DNA of 60,867 nt, counting the filler. It is 6 parts of 6 records of this genome, joined end to end, with 100 filler letters (N's around TTAATTAATTAA, not from the genome) between each part and the next. Parts side by side here need not be neighbours in the genome. Positions count along the whole stretch, not along the records: positions 38,679 to 44,235 come from SRR31156797_16541; positions 44,336 to 49,437 come from SRR31156797_16543; positions 49,538 to 54,870 come from SRR31156797_16556; 3 more parts are not named here. One strand, written 5' to 3'. Each line of letters starts with the position of its first letter. Within the stretch, counting starts at the first letter, position 1. The position numbers and the translations under genes are program-made. The notes below the pieces were generated by a model, which saw nothing but the letters and a program-made list of their open reading frames with translations, ran no database searches and was not told the origin of the DNA. This document shows positions 40,425 to 50,411 of this stretch, piece after piece.

Positions 40425-42355
40425 CAGAACCCTTCCATGGTGTAAAATGAAATCTTGGTATTAACTTTAGCGGATTGTCCATCCTGATACTGAAAAAGGG
40501 CTTCGACCTCTTTTTCGCTGATCCTCTCATCGTAGAGCGCTTCGTACAGGTTCTGGTATTTCTCCCGCACGAATTTTCTGCGAATCTTTCCCGTTTTGGT
40601 CAATTCACCGTCATCCATATCCAGGAGTTTGTATAAAATCGCGAACCGTTTGATCCTGAAGTGCTCTTTCTCCGCCCTGGAATTGATTTCGGCCACCTGC
40701 CTGTTTACCAGTTCCGCGACTTCGGGCTTGGCCGAAAGATCCATAAAGGTGGTATAGGAAATCCCCCTGTCCTCCGCCCACTTGCCTACAACGATGGGAT
40801 CGATATTGATCAAGGCGGCCACGTACTCCCGTTTGTCTCCAAAGATTACGGCTTCCTTTATGTAGGGGCTGAATTTGAGTTTGTTTTCCAGAAACATCGG
40901 GCTGAACATCTCTCCTTGAACATTGTGCATCACATCCGCCAACCGGTCGATGACCACCAGGTGGCCATGTTCGTCGATATAGCCGGCGTCGCCGGAGTGC
41001 AGCCAGCCTCCAGCCAGGAGTTCCTCCGTCTTTTCCGGTAATTTAAAATAACCGGGTGTCACCGACGGGGACCGTGAGAGGATCTCCCCCTCTTCTGAAA
41101 TTTTACACTCGGTGTTGGGAAGCGGCTTGCCCACTGTATCGGGCCGCACGTCTCCGTCCCGGTGCATGTAGGCAATGCCCACAATCTCCGTCTGGCCGTA
41201 AATCTGCTTCAGATTGACCCCGATGGCCTGATAGAATGTGAACAGCTCAGGTCCCAGGGCGGCTCCGCCGGTGTAGGCCCGGCGAAGGCGCAACAGGCCG
41301 ATCTGATTGATCAGGGGCCGAAACATCATCTGTGTGCCCAGCCAGGCTTTGAACCTCAACCCGGGCGGCATGGACTTTCCAGACATTCGGTAGCCGGCCG
41401 CTTTTTCGCCTACTTTGATAAAATAATTGTATAGTTTACGGTTTAGCCAGTAGGACTCGTCAATTTTGAGCCAGATCTGGGAGCGAATGGTTTCATAGAT
41501 TCGGGGCGCCCCGAACATGAAATGGGGGCCGATCTCCTTGAGGTCCTCCATGGCCGTTTCCACCGATTCGGGAAAATTGATGGTAATCCCGGTGGCCATG
41601 GCCACGCCAAAGGAATTCATCTGCTCGCCGATCCAGGCAAAGGGCAGAAAAGAGAGATATTCATCTGTATCCGACAGCGGGTCCGCTTCGGTGAGTTGCA
41701 ACCCCATGCTGATGAAATTCCTGTGAGTCAGCATGGTCCCCTTGGACAACCCGGTGGTTCCGGAGGTAAGGCAAAGGTGGCAGATCTGGTCGGGTTCGCC
41801 TTGATCCACCAAAGACTCGTACAGGTCAGGATTTTCGGCATGGATCTCATCCCCCAGCCGATATAGGTCCTCGATAAAGGCAAACCAGGGATCGGACCGG
41901 TAGTCACGCATCCCGCGGGGATCTTCGTAAATAACATGCTTGACACTCGGAACCCGCTCGCGAATTTCAACGATTTTGTCCACCTGTTCCTGGTTGTCGC
42001 AAAAAACCATGGAGGCGTTCATGTACTCCAGAAGTTGGGCAATTTCGTCTGGCATGGTGGTCTGGTAAACGGCCGCGGAGATGCCCCCCACCGCTTGCGC
42101 ACCGATAGCAGTGAAAAGCATTTCCGGGATATTGTCTCCGATCAAAACGATGGCATCGCCTTTTTCCAGCCCGAGCTTTTGCAGGCCCAGCCCTGTCTTG
42201 CGAACCAGACCGTAATACTCATTCCAGGTGTAGCTTTTCCAACGGCCAAATTCTTTTTCCCGCAAAGCGACTTTGTCACCGGTACTCTCGACGCGCCAGC
42301 GTAACAACTGCGGAATAGTAAGTGACTGAAGGTGCTGCGTCTCTTTCGTGTCCAA
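40424..42355 (-). CDS. Long-chain fatty acid-CoA ligase-like AMP-binding protein
   Basis: TSGTTGLSKG, YGQTE, WLHSGDAG, ELTKTGKIRR. Confidence 0.9.
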   Translation of the reverse strand: MDTKETQHLQSLTIPQLLRWRVESTGDKVALREKEFGRWKSYTWNEYYGLVRKTGLGLQKLGLEKGDAIVLIGDNIPEMLFTAIGAQAVGGISAAVYQTTMPDEIAQLLEYMNASMVFCDNQEQVDKIVEIRERVPSVKHVIYEDPRGMRDYRSDPWFAFIEDLYRLGDEIHAENPDLYESLVDQGEPDQICHLCLTSGTTGLSKGTMLTHRNFISMGLQLTEADPLSDTDEYLSFLPFAWIGEQMNSFGVAMATGITINFPESVETAMEDLKEIGPHFMFGAPRIYETIRSQIWLKIDESYWLNRKLYNYFIKVGEKAAGYRMSGKSMPPGLRFKAWLGTQMMFRPLINQIGLLRLRRAYTGGAALGPELFTFYQAIGVNLKQIYGQTEIVGIAYMHRDGDVRPDTVGKPLPNTECKISEEGEILSRSPSVTPGYFKLPEKTEELLAGGWLHSGDAGYIDEHGHLVVIDRLADVMHNVQGEMFSPMFLENKLKFSPYIKEAVIFGDKREYVAALINIDPIVVGKWAEDRGISYTTFMDLSAKPEVAELVNRQVAEINSRAEKEHFRIKRFAILYKLLDMDDGELTKTGKIRRKFVREKYQNLYEALYDERISEKEVEALFQYQDGQSAKVNTKISFYTMEGF

Positions 42356-43117
42356 TTAATCTTCTCCGATGTATGCCTCGATAACCTTCTCGTTGGCAGC
42401 CACTTCTTCCGGTGTTCCCGATCCGATGACCTCACCGAAATCCAGCACATTGATGCGATCCGAAATGTCCATGACAACACCCAGATCATGCTCAACCAGA
42501 ATGATCGTTGTCTTTTGCTCCTTTTTGATATCCATGATGAATCGTACGATATCTTCTTTCTCTTCGATATTCATACCCGCCATGGGTTCATCCAGAAGCA
42601 GCAATTGGGGGTCCAAGGTGAGCGCCCTGGCCACCTCAACACGTTTTTGGATACCGTAAGACAAATTTCCCACCGTGCTCTTGCGGTATGGTTCGAGTTC
42701 CATGAAATCAATGACATCTTCCACATGAGCCCGGTTCTCCGCCTCGATTCGCGATGCTTTGCCAACGAAAACCATGGCCTGGATAAAATTGTATTTCAGA
42801 TTGGTGTGGCGGGCCAGCATCAAGTTATCGAGAACGGACAGGCCGCTGAAGAGTTCAAGATTCTGGAACGCACGTGCGACGCCCAATTTGGTCACCTGAT
42901 GAGGGGGGGCGTGGGTAAGACGTTCATCGCCATATCTGATCTCTCCCTTGGTTGGGTGGTAAAACCCCGAGATACAATTCAGAATACTGGTTTTGCCGGC
43001 TCCGTTGGGCCCGATAATGGAGGTAATCAGTCCCGGTTCAATGGTCATGTTGACATCGGTAAGCGCATTGAGCCCGCCGAATGTCAAAGTAACGTTTTCA
43101 ATGGATAAGGTGGTCAT
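42356..43117 (-). CDS. Branched-chain amino acid-type ABC ATPase (LivG-like)
   Basis: GPNGAGKT, LSYGIQKRVE, LDEPMAG, VEHD, VIEAYIG. Confidence 0.93.
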   Translation of the reverse strand: MTTLSIENVTLTFGGLNALTDVNMTIEPGLITSIIGPNGAGKTSILNCISGFYHPTKGEIRYGDERLTHAPPHQVTKLGVARAFQNLELFSGLSVLDNLMLARHTNLKYNFIQAMVFVGKASRIEAENRAHVEDVIDFMELEPYRKSTVGNLSYGIQKRVEVARALTLDPQLLLLDEPMAGMNIEEKEDIVRFIMDIKKEQKTTIILVEHDLGVVMDISDRINVLDFGEVIGSGTPEEVAANEKVIEAYIGED

Positions 43118-43266
43118 AAGTGCTCAATTTATAATTTTGTATAACATTAAAAATATAAATTTTATTCATATTTTAATTCCACATCCTCAATCGCCTTTTT
43201 TCTTTTTAACTATTTGTAATGGAATTTTTTCAAGGAGTTGTGAAGTCGGATACCATCGTCGAGTTT

Positions 43267-43295
43267 ATTATGGTTTTATCTTGAAAAAATGTCAA
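43267..43295 (-). promoter_or_regulatory. Sigma-70 promoter of the Liv/acyl-CoA ligase operon
   Basis: Minus strand TTGACA-N17-CATAAT. Confidence 0.6.
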
Positions 43296-43335
43296 GTTGA
43301 TAAAATATCAGTATAATAGTGGGCAACAACCACTA

Positions 43336-44235
43336 TTATTCATAGGAGAGCAGATGGGTCCGAAGGTTGATCTTCTTGTTTTTCAGCCCGAGTTTTGTCC
43401 GGATGTTATGGCGGTGAAAAAGAACCGTATTTTTGGAAATCAACAGAAATTCAGCGATCTCCTTGTTCGATTTCCCCTCTTTTATCAGATTGGCCACCCG
43501 AATCTCGGCTGGTGTAAAATTAAGATATCTCGAAGAAATCTTACTGATGAATGGAGAAATGATATTATCAAGATTGGACTGAAGGATTTCAAGCAGCGTC
43601 GCCTGGTGGGGCTCCAATCGGCCGCGTTTCAAACGGGACAGATAGGGTAGAATCAGTTCTTTCACATTGGACAGTACGTTTTCCTGAACCTCTTGTTTGT
43701 CTTCCTCCCTTTTTTTCAACAACACACGAAGCGCCGTATTGACCTCTTCAAGATGGTTGGATTGGGCCCTTAGGGCAGCCTCTGCCCGTTTGCGCTCCTC
43801 TATCTGCTGTTGCAAACGGCGATTGGCTTCGGCCAGTTCGACCGTTCTTTCCTGAACCAGTTCTTCCAATTGATCGTGATATTGCTGAAGTGCATTTTCA
43901 ACCTTTTTCCTATCGCTGATGTCTCTTAACGTCACGATATTTCCAATGGGACTGCCTGAGGAATCCTGCAACAGGGTTGAACTGATCTGAACATCCAGGA
44001 CCCTGCCGTCTTTTGCAAAGCGCTGGGTCTCGAACATCGTTATTTTCCTGCCGCTGAGCATCCTGTCGATGGCAGCTTTGGTCTCCGGCCAGCACTCTGC
44101 AGGCACGAAGTCGATTTGCTTGCCCAGCAGTTCCTGACGGGAAAATCCAAACGCCTGTTCGAAAGCAGGATTGACATAGGTTGCCTCGCCAACCATGTCG
44201 TAGACAACAATGGGGTCGGGTGACGATTCCAGAAA
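43336..44235 (-). CDS. PAS-domain LuxR-type HTH regulator, 5' truncated
   Basis: Frame open to the spacer (FLESSPDPIVVYDM). PAS-PAC with RDISDRK, a coiled coil, and FTPAEIRVANLIKEGKSNKEIA...HRHNIRTKLG. Confidence 0.9.
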   Translation of the reverse strand, partial: FLESSPDPIVVYDMVGEATYVNPAFEQAFGFSRQELLGKQIDFVPAECWPETKAAIDRMLSGRKITMFETQRFAKDGRVLDVQISSTLLQDSSGSPIGNIVTLRDISDRKKVENALQQYHDQLEELVQERTVELAEANRRLQQQIEERKRAEAALRAQSNHLEEVNTALRVLLKKREEDKQEVQENVLSNVKELILPYLSRLKRGRLEPHQATLLEILQSNLDNIISPFISKISSRYLNFTPAEIRVANLIKEGKSNKEIAEFLLISKNTVLFHRHNIRTKLGLKNKKINLRTHLLSYE

Positions 44236-44335
44236 NNNNNNNNNNNNNNNNNNNNNNNNNNNNNNNNNNNNNNNNNNNNTTAATTAATTAANNNNNNNNN
44301 NNNNNNNNNNNNNNNNNNNNNNNNNNNNNNNNNNN
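44236..44335. other. Artificial contig spacer
   Basis: N44-TTAATTAATTAA-N44. Confidence 0.98.
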
Positions 44336-44602
44336 GTTGTTGGCCTTGTGGGCGCCGGTGTGGTTCAGGTCCTCCCGCTTGATGTAGATTTTTGCCCCAT
44401 TGAAATGCCGGGTGAGGTTTTCGGCATAGGTCAGGGGCGTGGGCCGGCAGGAGTAAGACCCCATGAGGTCGCGGTACTCCTGCCAAAAGCCGGGATCCGC
44501 CTTCACCTTCCGGAACTCGCGCTCCAGTTCGTCAAAGGTTGCTGTCAGGATCTCGGGCACAAAAGTCCCGCCGAACGTTCCGTAATACCCCCTCTCAATC
44601 AT
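44336..44602 (-). CDS. trpB: Tryptophan synthase beta subunit, N-terminal fragment
   Basis: GYYGTFGGTFVPE, RPTPL, KREDLNHTGAHK (PLP lysine). Confidence 0.92.
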
Positions 44603-45326
44603 TGGGATACCCTCCTATGGTCTGGGAAAATGAAAACCTGTCGGTGCGGCAAAAGATCCGGGAATAAACCCCACTCTCCACACCGGGAAAATTTAGCGAC
44701 CGCCGCACCCCAAGCACCGGCTCCCCGGCCCTGAGGCCAAGAAGTTCGGCCCGGGACTCGGACAGTGTGACGATCTTGAATGTCTGCCTGCCGTTGACGG
44801 GCGTAAGATAAAAGCGGTCCCTCACCACCTGGGCAAGGGAGACGCCGGAAAGCGCCATGGTTTCGATGCCGGCAAAAAGGGTCTTGTCCAGGAAAAAATC
44901 TTCCACAAGCACCGGCTCTTCTTTGGCAAGGGTCAGCCGGGAAAACAGGTACGCCTCTTTTCCCCCAAAGGGATTCTCGCCATCGTCAACCACCTCAACC
45001 AGGCGGACGGGATCGACGATCCTCACCTCGATTGGGATCCCCTGTTTCTGAAACGCGGACGAGGTACCTGCCAGGGAAAAGAGGTCCACCTCCTTCTTCT
45101 TTTCCAGCACAAAGGTTCCTGAACCGCGCTTTCTTTCGACCAGCCCCTTCCGAACCAGCACATCGATGCCCTGGCGTGCCGTGGGCCTGCCAATACCGTA
45201 GGTTGCGGCAAGGGTGGTCTCGGGCGGAATCTTTGTTCCCGGCGCAAACTCGCCGGACCGGATGGCTGAAGTTAAAATCTCGGCCAGCTGGTGGTAAAGG
45301 GGTACGGGGGATTGCGGGTTCAGCAT
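44595..45326 (-). CDS. GntR family regulator, HutC subfamily (UTRA domain)
   Basis: PLYHQLAE, IPPETTLA, GRPTARQG, RKRGSGTFV and a UTRA-like C-terminus. Overlaps the trpB start. Confidence 0.92.
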   Translation of the reverse strand: MLNPQSPVPLYHQLAEILTSAIRSGEFAPGTKIPPETTLAATYGIGRPTARQGIDVLVRKGLVERKRGSGTFVLEKKKEVDLFSLAGTSSAFQKQGIPIEVRIVDPVRLVEVVDDGENPFGGKEAYLFSRLTLAKEEPVLVEDFFLDKTLFAGIETMALSGVSLAQVVRDRFYLTPVNGRQTFKIVTLSESRAELLGLRAGEPVLGVRRSLNFPGVESGVYSRIFCRTDRFSFSQTIGGYPND

Positions 45327-45386
45327 GGGGCTCTCCAATCGTGTGTCAGTAATAACTCAATTCAATGACGTTATTCAACCGCACAA

Positions 45387-45405
45387 TTGTCAAGTTGTCA
45401 AGACA
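45387..45405. promoter_or_regulatory. Candidate HutC-type operator / -35 region
   Basis: TTGTCAAG tandem repeat and near-palindrome TGTCAAGACA upstream of gntR. Confidence 0.5.
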
Positions 45406-45450
45406 TTTCAACAAGCATATCTATTTCAGGCCGGTCAAACACAGGGGTAT

Positions 45451-46155
45451 CTATTGACAGATATAGCGGTAACCCACCCCGTGGACGGTCAAAATGGTCA
45501 CGGGATGGGCAGGATCGGCCTCAACCTTTTTCCTCAATTTTGCGATGTGCTGGTCCAGGGTCCGGGTGGTGCCGTAGTATTCCATGCCCCACACCCGGTT
45601 GAGGATCTCGTCCCGGCCCAGCACCTCTCCGGGATGGTCATGGAAACAACGGATCAACTGCATCTCCTTCTGGGAAAGCGCCTCCTCCTTTCCGTCCCTG
45701 ACAAGGATGTAGCGCCTGGGATAGACCTCGCAGCCGCCAAAGCTAAAGCTCTCCAGGTTTTCCGACCGTTCAGGTCTCCGGCACTGCCGGGAACGCCGCA
45801 GCACGGCAGCGATCCGCGCGAGGAGCTCATGCACCCCAAAGGGCTTGGTGACATAGTCATCGGCACCGAGCTCAAGTCCCACCACCGTGTCTATCTCCTC
45901 GGACTTGGCCGTGACCATGATGATGGGCACCTGTTTGTCAATGGCGCGGACCTCACGGCACACGTCATAGCCGCTCTTTCCCGGCATCATGATGTCCAGG
46001 AGCAACAGATCGAACCCGCCCTTTTGAAACGCCGTGACCGCCTCGTTGCCGTCACGGGCCTCGACCACCTGAAACCCTTCGCTCTCCAGGGTGTCCACAA
46101 GCCCTATCCGTATGTTGGTGTCGTCTTCCGCCACAAGAATCCGTGTCTCATTCAT
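45451..46155 (-). CDS. OmpR-family response regulator
   Basis: VAEDD, LDIMMP, GADDYVTKPF, RTLDQHI, TVHGVGYR. Confidence 0.95.
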   Translation of the reverse strand: MNETRILVAEDDTNIRIGLVDTLESEGFQVVEARDGNEAVTAFQKGGFDLLLLDIMMPGKSGYDVCREVRAIDKQVPIIMVTAKSEEIDTVVGLELGADDYVTKPFGVHELLARIAAVLRRSRQCRRPERSENLESFSFGGCEVYPRRYILVRDGKEEALSQKEMQLIRCFHDHPGEVLGRDEILNRVWGMEYYGTTRTLDQHIAKLRKKVEADPAHPVTILTVHGVGYRYICQ

Positions 46156-47965
46156 CTTTTTTTATCCTCACAATAAAAGCGCTGCCACCCTGTTTTACCG
46201 GCTCAAACCAAAGGTCCCCCCCAAGGTCACGGGCAATGCTCCGTGCGATGGAAAGCCCCAGGCCCGACCCGGGCTTGCTTGTCGTCAACGAGGTGTCGAT
46301 CCGGTGGAACTTGTCAAATATCCGCTGCCTGTGCTCCCGTGGAATGCCGGGGCCCCTGTCCGAAATTCGAAGCTCGCAAAACCCTTCCGTTCCCCCATTC
46401 AGCTCAAACGTGAGCCGCTTTCCTTCGGCCGCGTATTTCACAGCATTATCGATGATGTTCACCACCACCTGCTCCATGGCGTCCCTGTCAGTTCGAACCA
46501 TGAGGGGAGCACGGGGCAGGAGCACCTCGGGTTCCATGCCAGAGGCCCTGATCCTGATGCCGTGGAGCTCCACCATGGCGGCCACCATCGCCCCAAGATC
46601 CACACGATCTATATGGTAGGTTTTCCGGCCCTGCTCGAGCCGTGAAAAATCAAGGACGTTGTTGACAAGACGGGTCAGGCGACGGCTCTCGGCAACGATA
46701 ACCGACAGATAATGGGCCACCTTTTCAGGCCCACGGATCCTGCCGGACTGGAGCAGCTCCCCGTACATGCGGATGCTTGTCAACGGAGTCTTCAACTCAT
46801 GGGAGACGGAAGAGACAAAGGAGGTCTTCTGAAGGGCATCCTTTTTGTTGATATGGGCCTGCCAGGTCAGCAGGGCCCCTCCCGAAACAATGGCCGCCAC
46901 AAATATGGCCAAAAGGATCAAGGACACAATGAGAAATCCCCGGCCCTTGTCCCCGCCGCTGCCGTCAAGAAAAACGTGCACCTGCCAGTGGGGCAGCAGC
47001 GGGGAGACATTCATGGCAGCGGCAGGCGTTTGCCCGTTCCCAACAACCCCGGACTGGTGAACAATTTCGTTGTTTCCATCCACCAGGGCGTACCCCGTCC
47101 CGGGTTCGGTGAACCTGGGAAGATCGGTCCCAAGCCTTGAAAGCAAGGTCATCAGCTCGAGCTCAACCCCGAACACCGGCCCCTGTTCCGCGACCTTCAC
47201 CCACCCCAGAATAAAAAGCCGGTTCTCCGCGAACCAGGGAATCCAACCGGACCGGGGCTGGAACCGCGCCATGGACGGAGCGGCCCCAAGGCTTTGTGCA
47301 ACAACGGCCACACTCTTCTCAGGTCGGGCAAGGTCGAGCAGGGCCTGGCGTCCCCTTTTGGCTGTCGCTCTGCTCTTCTGTGGCGTCTTTTCCATGGTTT
47401 CGGCTGCCGCCCGGGTTTCCCGTGGTGCCTTTGGCAGGGTATCAACCGTCGCCCCATGGTACGCCTCCCCCCCTTCGGAGGACGCTCCCTGGTTGCTTTC
47501 CCAGGCGATCCGCTTTGAAAAGAGCGAATCGTAGCGGCGAATAAACCGCCGCTCCTCCATGGTCGATTCCATGCCCGGCACCGGGTACCTGAGGGGCATC
47601 CCCTCCTGCCAGACAAAGACATTCCGCACCAGGGGATTTGTCCGTTCCCACAGGACCAGCGTCTCCACAACCCGGTCCGGATCGATGGCCACAAGGGAAG
47701 CGGTCAAAGAATCCTCAACCCCCTCAATCGTAATATGGATGCTCTCGCAAACGGCCCGCCCCCGCTCCGATACAAGCTCCAGGGCCTCCCGGCTGATCCG
47801 CTCCTGCTCGTGGCGCAACAACCTGAAAGCCACAACCACCATGATCAGTGTGGGGATCAGCAACAGGGCCCAGTAAATTGCAATGGAACGCTTAAAAGTC
47901 ATTTGGAATTTTTGCCCATTCTCCATCGAAAAATACCGGCCCATCCACTCCCAGGACAGGCCCAA
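46148..47965 (-). CDS. Membrane sensor histidine kinase (start uncertain, possibly 47902)
   Basis: Two TMs around a ~300-aa periplasmic region; SHELKTPL, NAVKY, DRGPGI, GSGLGL. Confidence 0.93.
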   Translation of the reverse strand: MGLSWEWMGRYFSMENGQKFQMTFKRSIAIYWALLLIPTLIMVVVAFRLLRHEQERISREALELVSERGRAVCESIHITIEGVEDSLTASLVAIDPDRVVETLVLWERTNPLVRNVFVWQEGMPLRYPVPGMESTMEERRFIRRYDSLFSKRIAWESNQGASSEGGEAYHGATVDTLPKAPRETRAAAETMEKTPQKSRATAKRGRQALLDLARPEKSVAVVAQSLGAAPSMARFQPRSGWIPWFAENRLFILGWVKVAEQGPVFGVELELMTLLSRLGTDLPRFTEPGTGYALVDGNNEIVHQSGVVGNGQTPAAAMNVSPLLPHWQVHVFLDGSGGDKGRGFLIVSLILLAIFVAAIVSGGALLTWQAHINKKDALQKTSFVSSVSHELKTPLTSIRMYGELLQSGRIRGPEKVAHYLSVIVAESRRLTRLVNNVLDFSRLEQGRKTYHIDRVDLGAMVAAMVELHGIRIRASGMEPEVLLPRAPLMVRTDRDAMEQVVVNIIDNAVKYAAEGKRLTFELNGGTEGFCELRISDRGPGIPREHRQRIFDKFHRIDTSLTTSKPGSGLGLSIARSIARDLGGDLWFEPVKQGGSAFIVRIKKDE

Positions 47966-47972
47966 CCAAGAA

Positions 47973-49319
47973 TCATTTTGATTTTTGCTGGTTCTTCAAC
48001 TGATAGGATTCGGTCCTGAGCACCTTACGGCTCTTCTTGCTCATGCCCTCCTGACGGATGGTTTCCGCCTGGATATCAAGTTCTTTTGCCTGTTCGAGCA
48101 GAACGGAATCCCGGTACATGGTTCCCACCTTCTTCAGCTTGGCCGCCGACTGTTTCAGCTCCTCAACAGCCGCCTCTTTCCTGCCGCTGTCGGAAAGGGC
48201 GATGGCCTTTTCCTGGGAAAGGGCGTTGAGGTTGAGCTGGTATTCACGGATGACGTCCACGTTGGTGGAGCGTTCAACCGCTGCCGGGTTGTCGCTGAAG
48301 CGTGCCACGGAACGGGCCGTTGCCGTTTCCCGGCGCTTGGTAAAGGGATTGTCGTAAACCACCCGTGCCCTTGCTATCTCCATGGTGCTGCCGCTTGCGG
48401 ATGCCGGAATCCCGACCTCCACCAGGGCGTACTTTTCCTGGCCGCCGTAAAGCTGGTTCATGAACAGCTCCACCTGGCCTCCCCGGATGCGCCCCTGGCG
48501 TCCCACGATGCCAAGTGGCTTTATTCCCCTTGGCATCTCGATGATGAGCCGCACCTCCTTTGCCACCACGTTGAGGACATCCCCCAGTTCAGCCGCAAAG
48601 ATCATGGGAAGATCGTCGCTGGACTCCACAAAGTAGATGTTGCCGTCGCTCTTCTGGGAGAGCCGGGCCATGAGGTCTTCGTTGTAGTCCGTACCCACGC
48701 CGACGGTGGTCACCGAAATCTTCTCCTTGATCAGGGCCGCCCCCAGGCGTCCAAGGTCCTCAGGTGTCCTGGGTCCCACATTGGCAAGGCCGTCGGAAAG
48801 CAGCACGATGCGATGGACATAGTCCCCGCCGAGGTTCTTCCTGATCTCGGCGGCCCCCTGGCTCACCCCTCCGAACAGGGCCGTGCTGCCGCCCGGCACG
48901 ATCTGCCGGATCTTCCGGATGATCCCCTCTATGTTTTCAATGCCCTGGGCCGGCACAACGGTATCAATGGTATCGTCATACACCACAAGGGAAAAGATAT
49001 CCCCGGGTCCCAACCGTTTCAAGGCTTCAATGGCCGCCTCCCTGGCCCGCTCGATCTTGTCCCCGGCCATGGAACCGGACCGGTCAAGGACAAGGGCCAG
49101 GTTGACCCGGGGCCGCTCCATTGATGAAGGGGCCAACGGTGCATCAAGGCTCACCTTGATCACCACGTTCTGGGGACCGCCCGCCGCAAGCACTCCCCTG
49201 TCGGTCTCAACCCGGCAGACCACCTTGGATTGTCCCCCCTCTGCCGGGGTGATAACCAGGGACATACCAAGACACACAACCAATGCCATTGCGAAAAACG
49301 CTTTACCTGCTGTTTTCAT
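47973..49319 (-). CDS. Secreted vWA-domain protein (YfbK/Ca-activated channel homolog-like)
   Basis: Signal peptide, LVLDRSGSM MIDAS, GSTAL, LLSDGLANVG. Confidence 0.9.
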   Translation of the reverse strand: MKTAGKAFFAMALVVCLGMSLVITPAEGGQSKVVCRVETDRGVLAAGGPQNVVIKVSLDAPLAPSSMERPRVNLALVLDRSGSMAGDKIERAREAAIEALKRLGPGDIFSLVVYDDTIDTVVPAQGIENIEGIIRKIRQIVPGGSTALFGGVSQGAAEIRKNLGGDYVHRIVLLSDGLANVGPRTPEDLGRLGAALIKEKISVTTVGVGTDYNEDLMARLSQKSDGNIYFVESSDDLPMIFAAELGDVLNVVAKEVRLIIEMPRGIKPLGIVGRQGRIRGGQVELFMNQLYGGQEKYALVEVGIPASASGSTMEIARARVVYDNPFTKRRETATARSVARFSDNPAAVERSTNVDVIREYQLNLNALSQEKAIALSDSGRKEAAVEELKQSAAKLKKVGTMYRDSVLLEQAKELDIQAETIRQEGMSKKSRKVLRTESYQLKNQQKSK

Positions 49320-49437
49320 CGCTCTCTCCTTAATGTTATGAAGTATCTGTTTTGGAAATAATCCGCAACCCCTGAATTCAGGGCGAACGCATGTAGATTA
49401 TTGGATAATATGATTTCAGCATGTTACGCGGCACAAG

Positions 49438-49537
49438 NNNNNNNNNNNNNNNNNNNNNNNNNNNNNNNNNNNNNNNNNNNNTTAATTAATTAANNNNNNN
49501 NNNNNNNNNNNNNNNNNNNNNNNNNNNNNNNNNNNNN
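49438..49537. other. Artificial contig spacer
   Basis: N44-TTAATTAATTAA-N44. Confidence 0.98.
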
Positions 49538-49571
49538 AGTAAGGTCATTTTCACGGATTGTCTGAAATAGT

Positions 49572-49599
49572 AAAACCCTGCCTGTGGGCAGGGTTTTTT
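49572..49599. terminator. Bidirectional terminator
   Basis: AAAACCCTGCC-loop-GGCAGGGTTTTTT. Confidence 0.8.
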
Positions 49600-49684
49600 G
49601 TTGATAACGGCCTAAAATCGATCGTGGCGCATTCTCTTTTCGCGGTCAATGTCAAGAAAACCGAGAGAAGCCGGTTCAGATTAC

Positions 49685-50317
49685 TTATTTTTTTGTAACA
49701 CCGCGCTCGAAAAGCGAAAAGGCAGTAGCCAGCGTGGACTTGAGATAATCTTTGTCTGAACTGATAATTCTTTTACTGGCTTCCCATAGAATAACCCCTG
49801 AGAACATGGACCAAAAGATATCCGCCAGTGCCACCGGGTGATGATTGACAAATTTTCCATTGTTTACGCCCTCTTCGAAAATTTTGGCAATGGCACCGAT
49901 TGATTTTTTTGATAGATCTTTGATCTCCTGCATCAAGGTGTCGGATAGATTCTTGAGGGTTTCGCTGGATTGAAGATGAAACATGTTGATAATGATCAGC
50001 GGATCAAAATCATAAACATCATACATGGCGTCCATGAGCGCTTTTAATTTTTCCTCCGTGGACAGATCGGTCTCTTCATTGACATGTGTGACACGAATGT
50101 GCAGGTATTGTAAAATTCGGAGGGATAGCGAGGCGTACAGTTCTTCCTTGTTCTTAAAATAGAGATAGAGGGTACCCGGGCTCAATTCCGCCTCTTTGGC
50201 AATATCCTCCATGGTTGCCTTGTTAAATCCTTTTTCCGAAAACACCCGTTTTGCGGCAACAATAATCTGCTGCCGACGTCGTTCCTTTTCTCTTTCTTTT
50301 CTTTCTTGAATGCCCAT
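49685..50317 (-). CDS. TetR/AcrR family regulator
   Basis: [32 protein letters not shown]. Confidence 0.95.
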   Translation of the reverse strand: MGIQERKEREKERRRQQIIVAAKRVFSEKGFNKATMEDIAKEAELSPGTLYLYFKNKEELYASLSLRILQYLHIRVTHVNEETDLSTEEKLKALMDAMYDVYDFDPLIIINMFHLQSSETLKNLSDTLMQEIKDLSKKSIGAIAKIFEEGVNNGKFVNHHPVALADIFWSMFSGVILWEASKRIISSDKDYLKSTLATAFSLFERGVTKK

Positions 50318-50411
50318 CGTCTAATTATTCCTGAATGTTATTTATTTTAAAAGAGTTTCTATAATGAAATATGGTTGGGGGGTCAAGAGGAAATCATTGC
50401 AGTTTTTCCCT

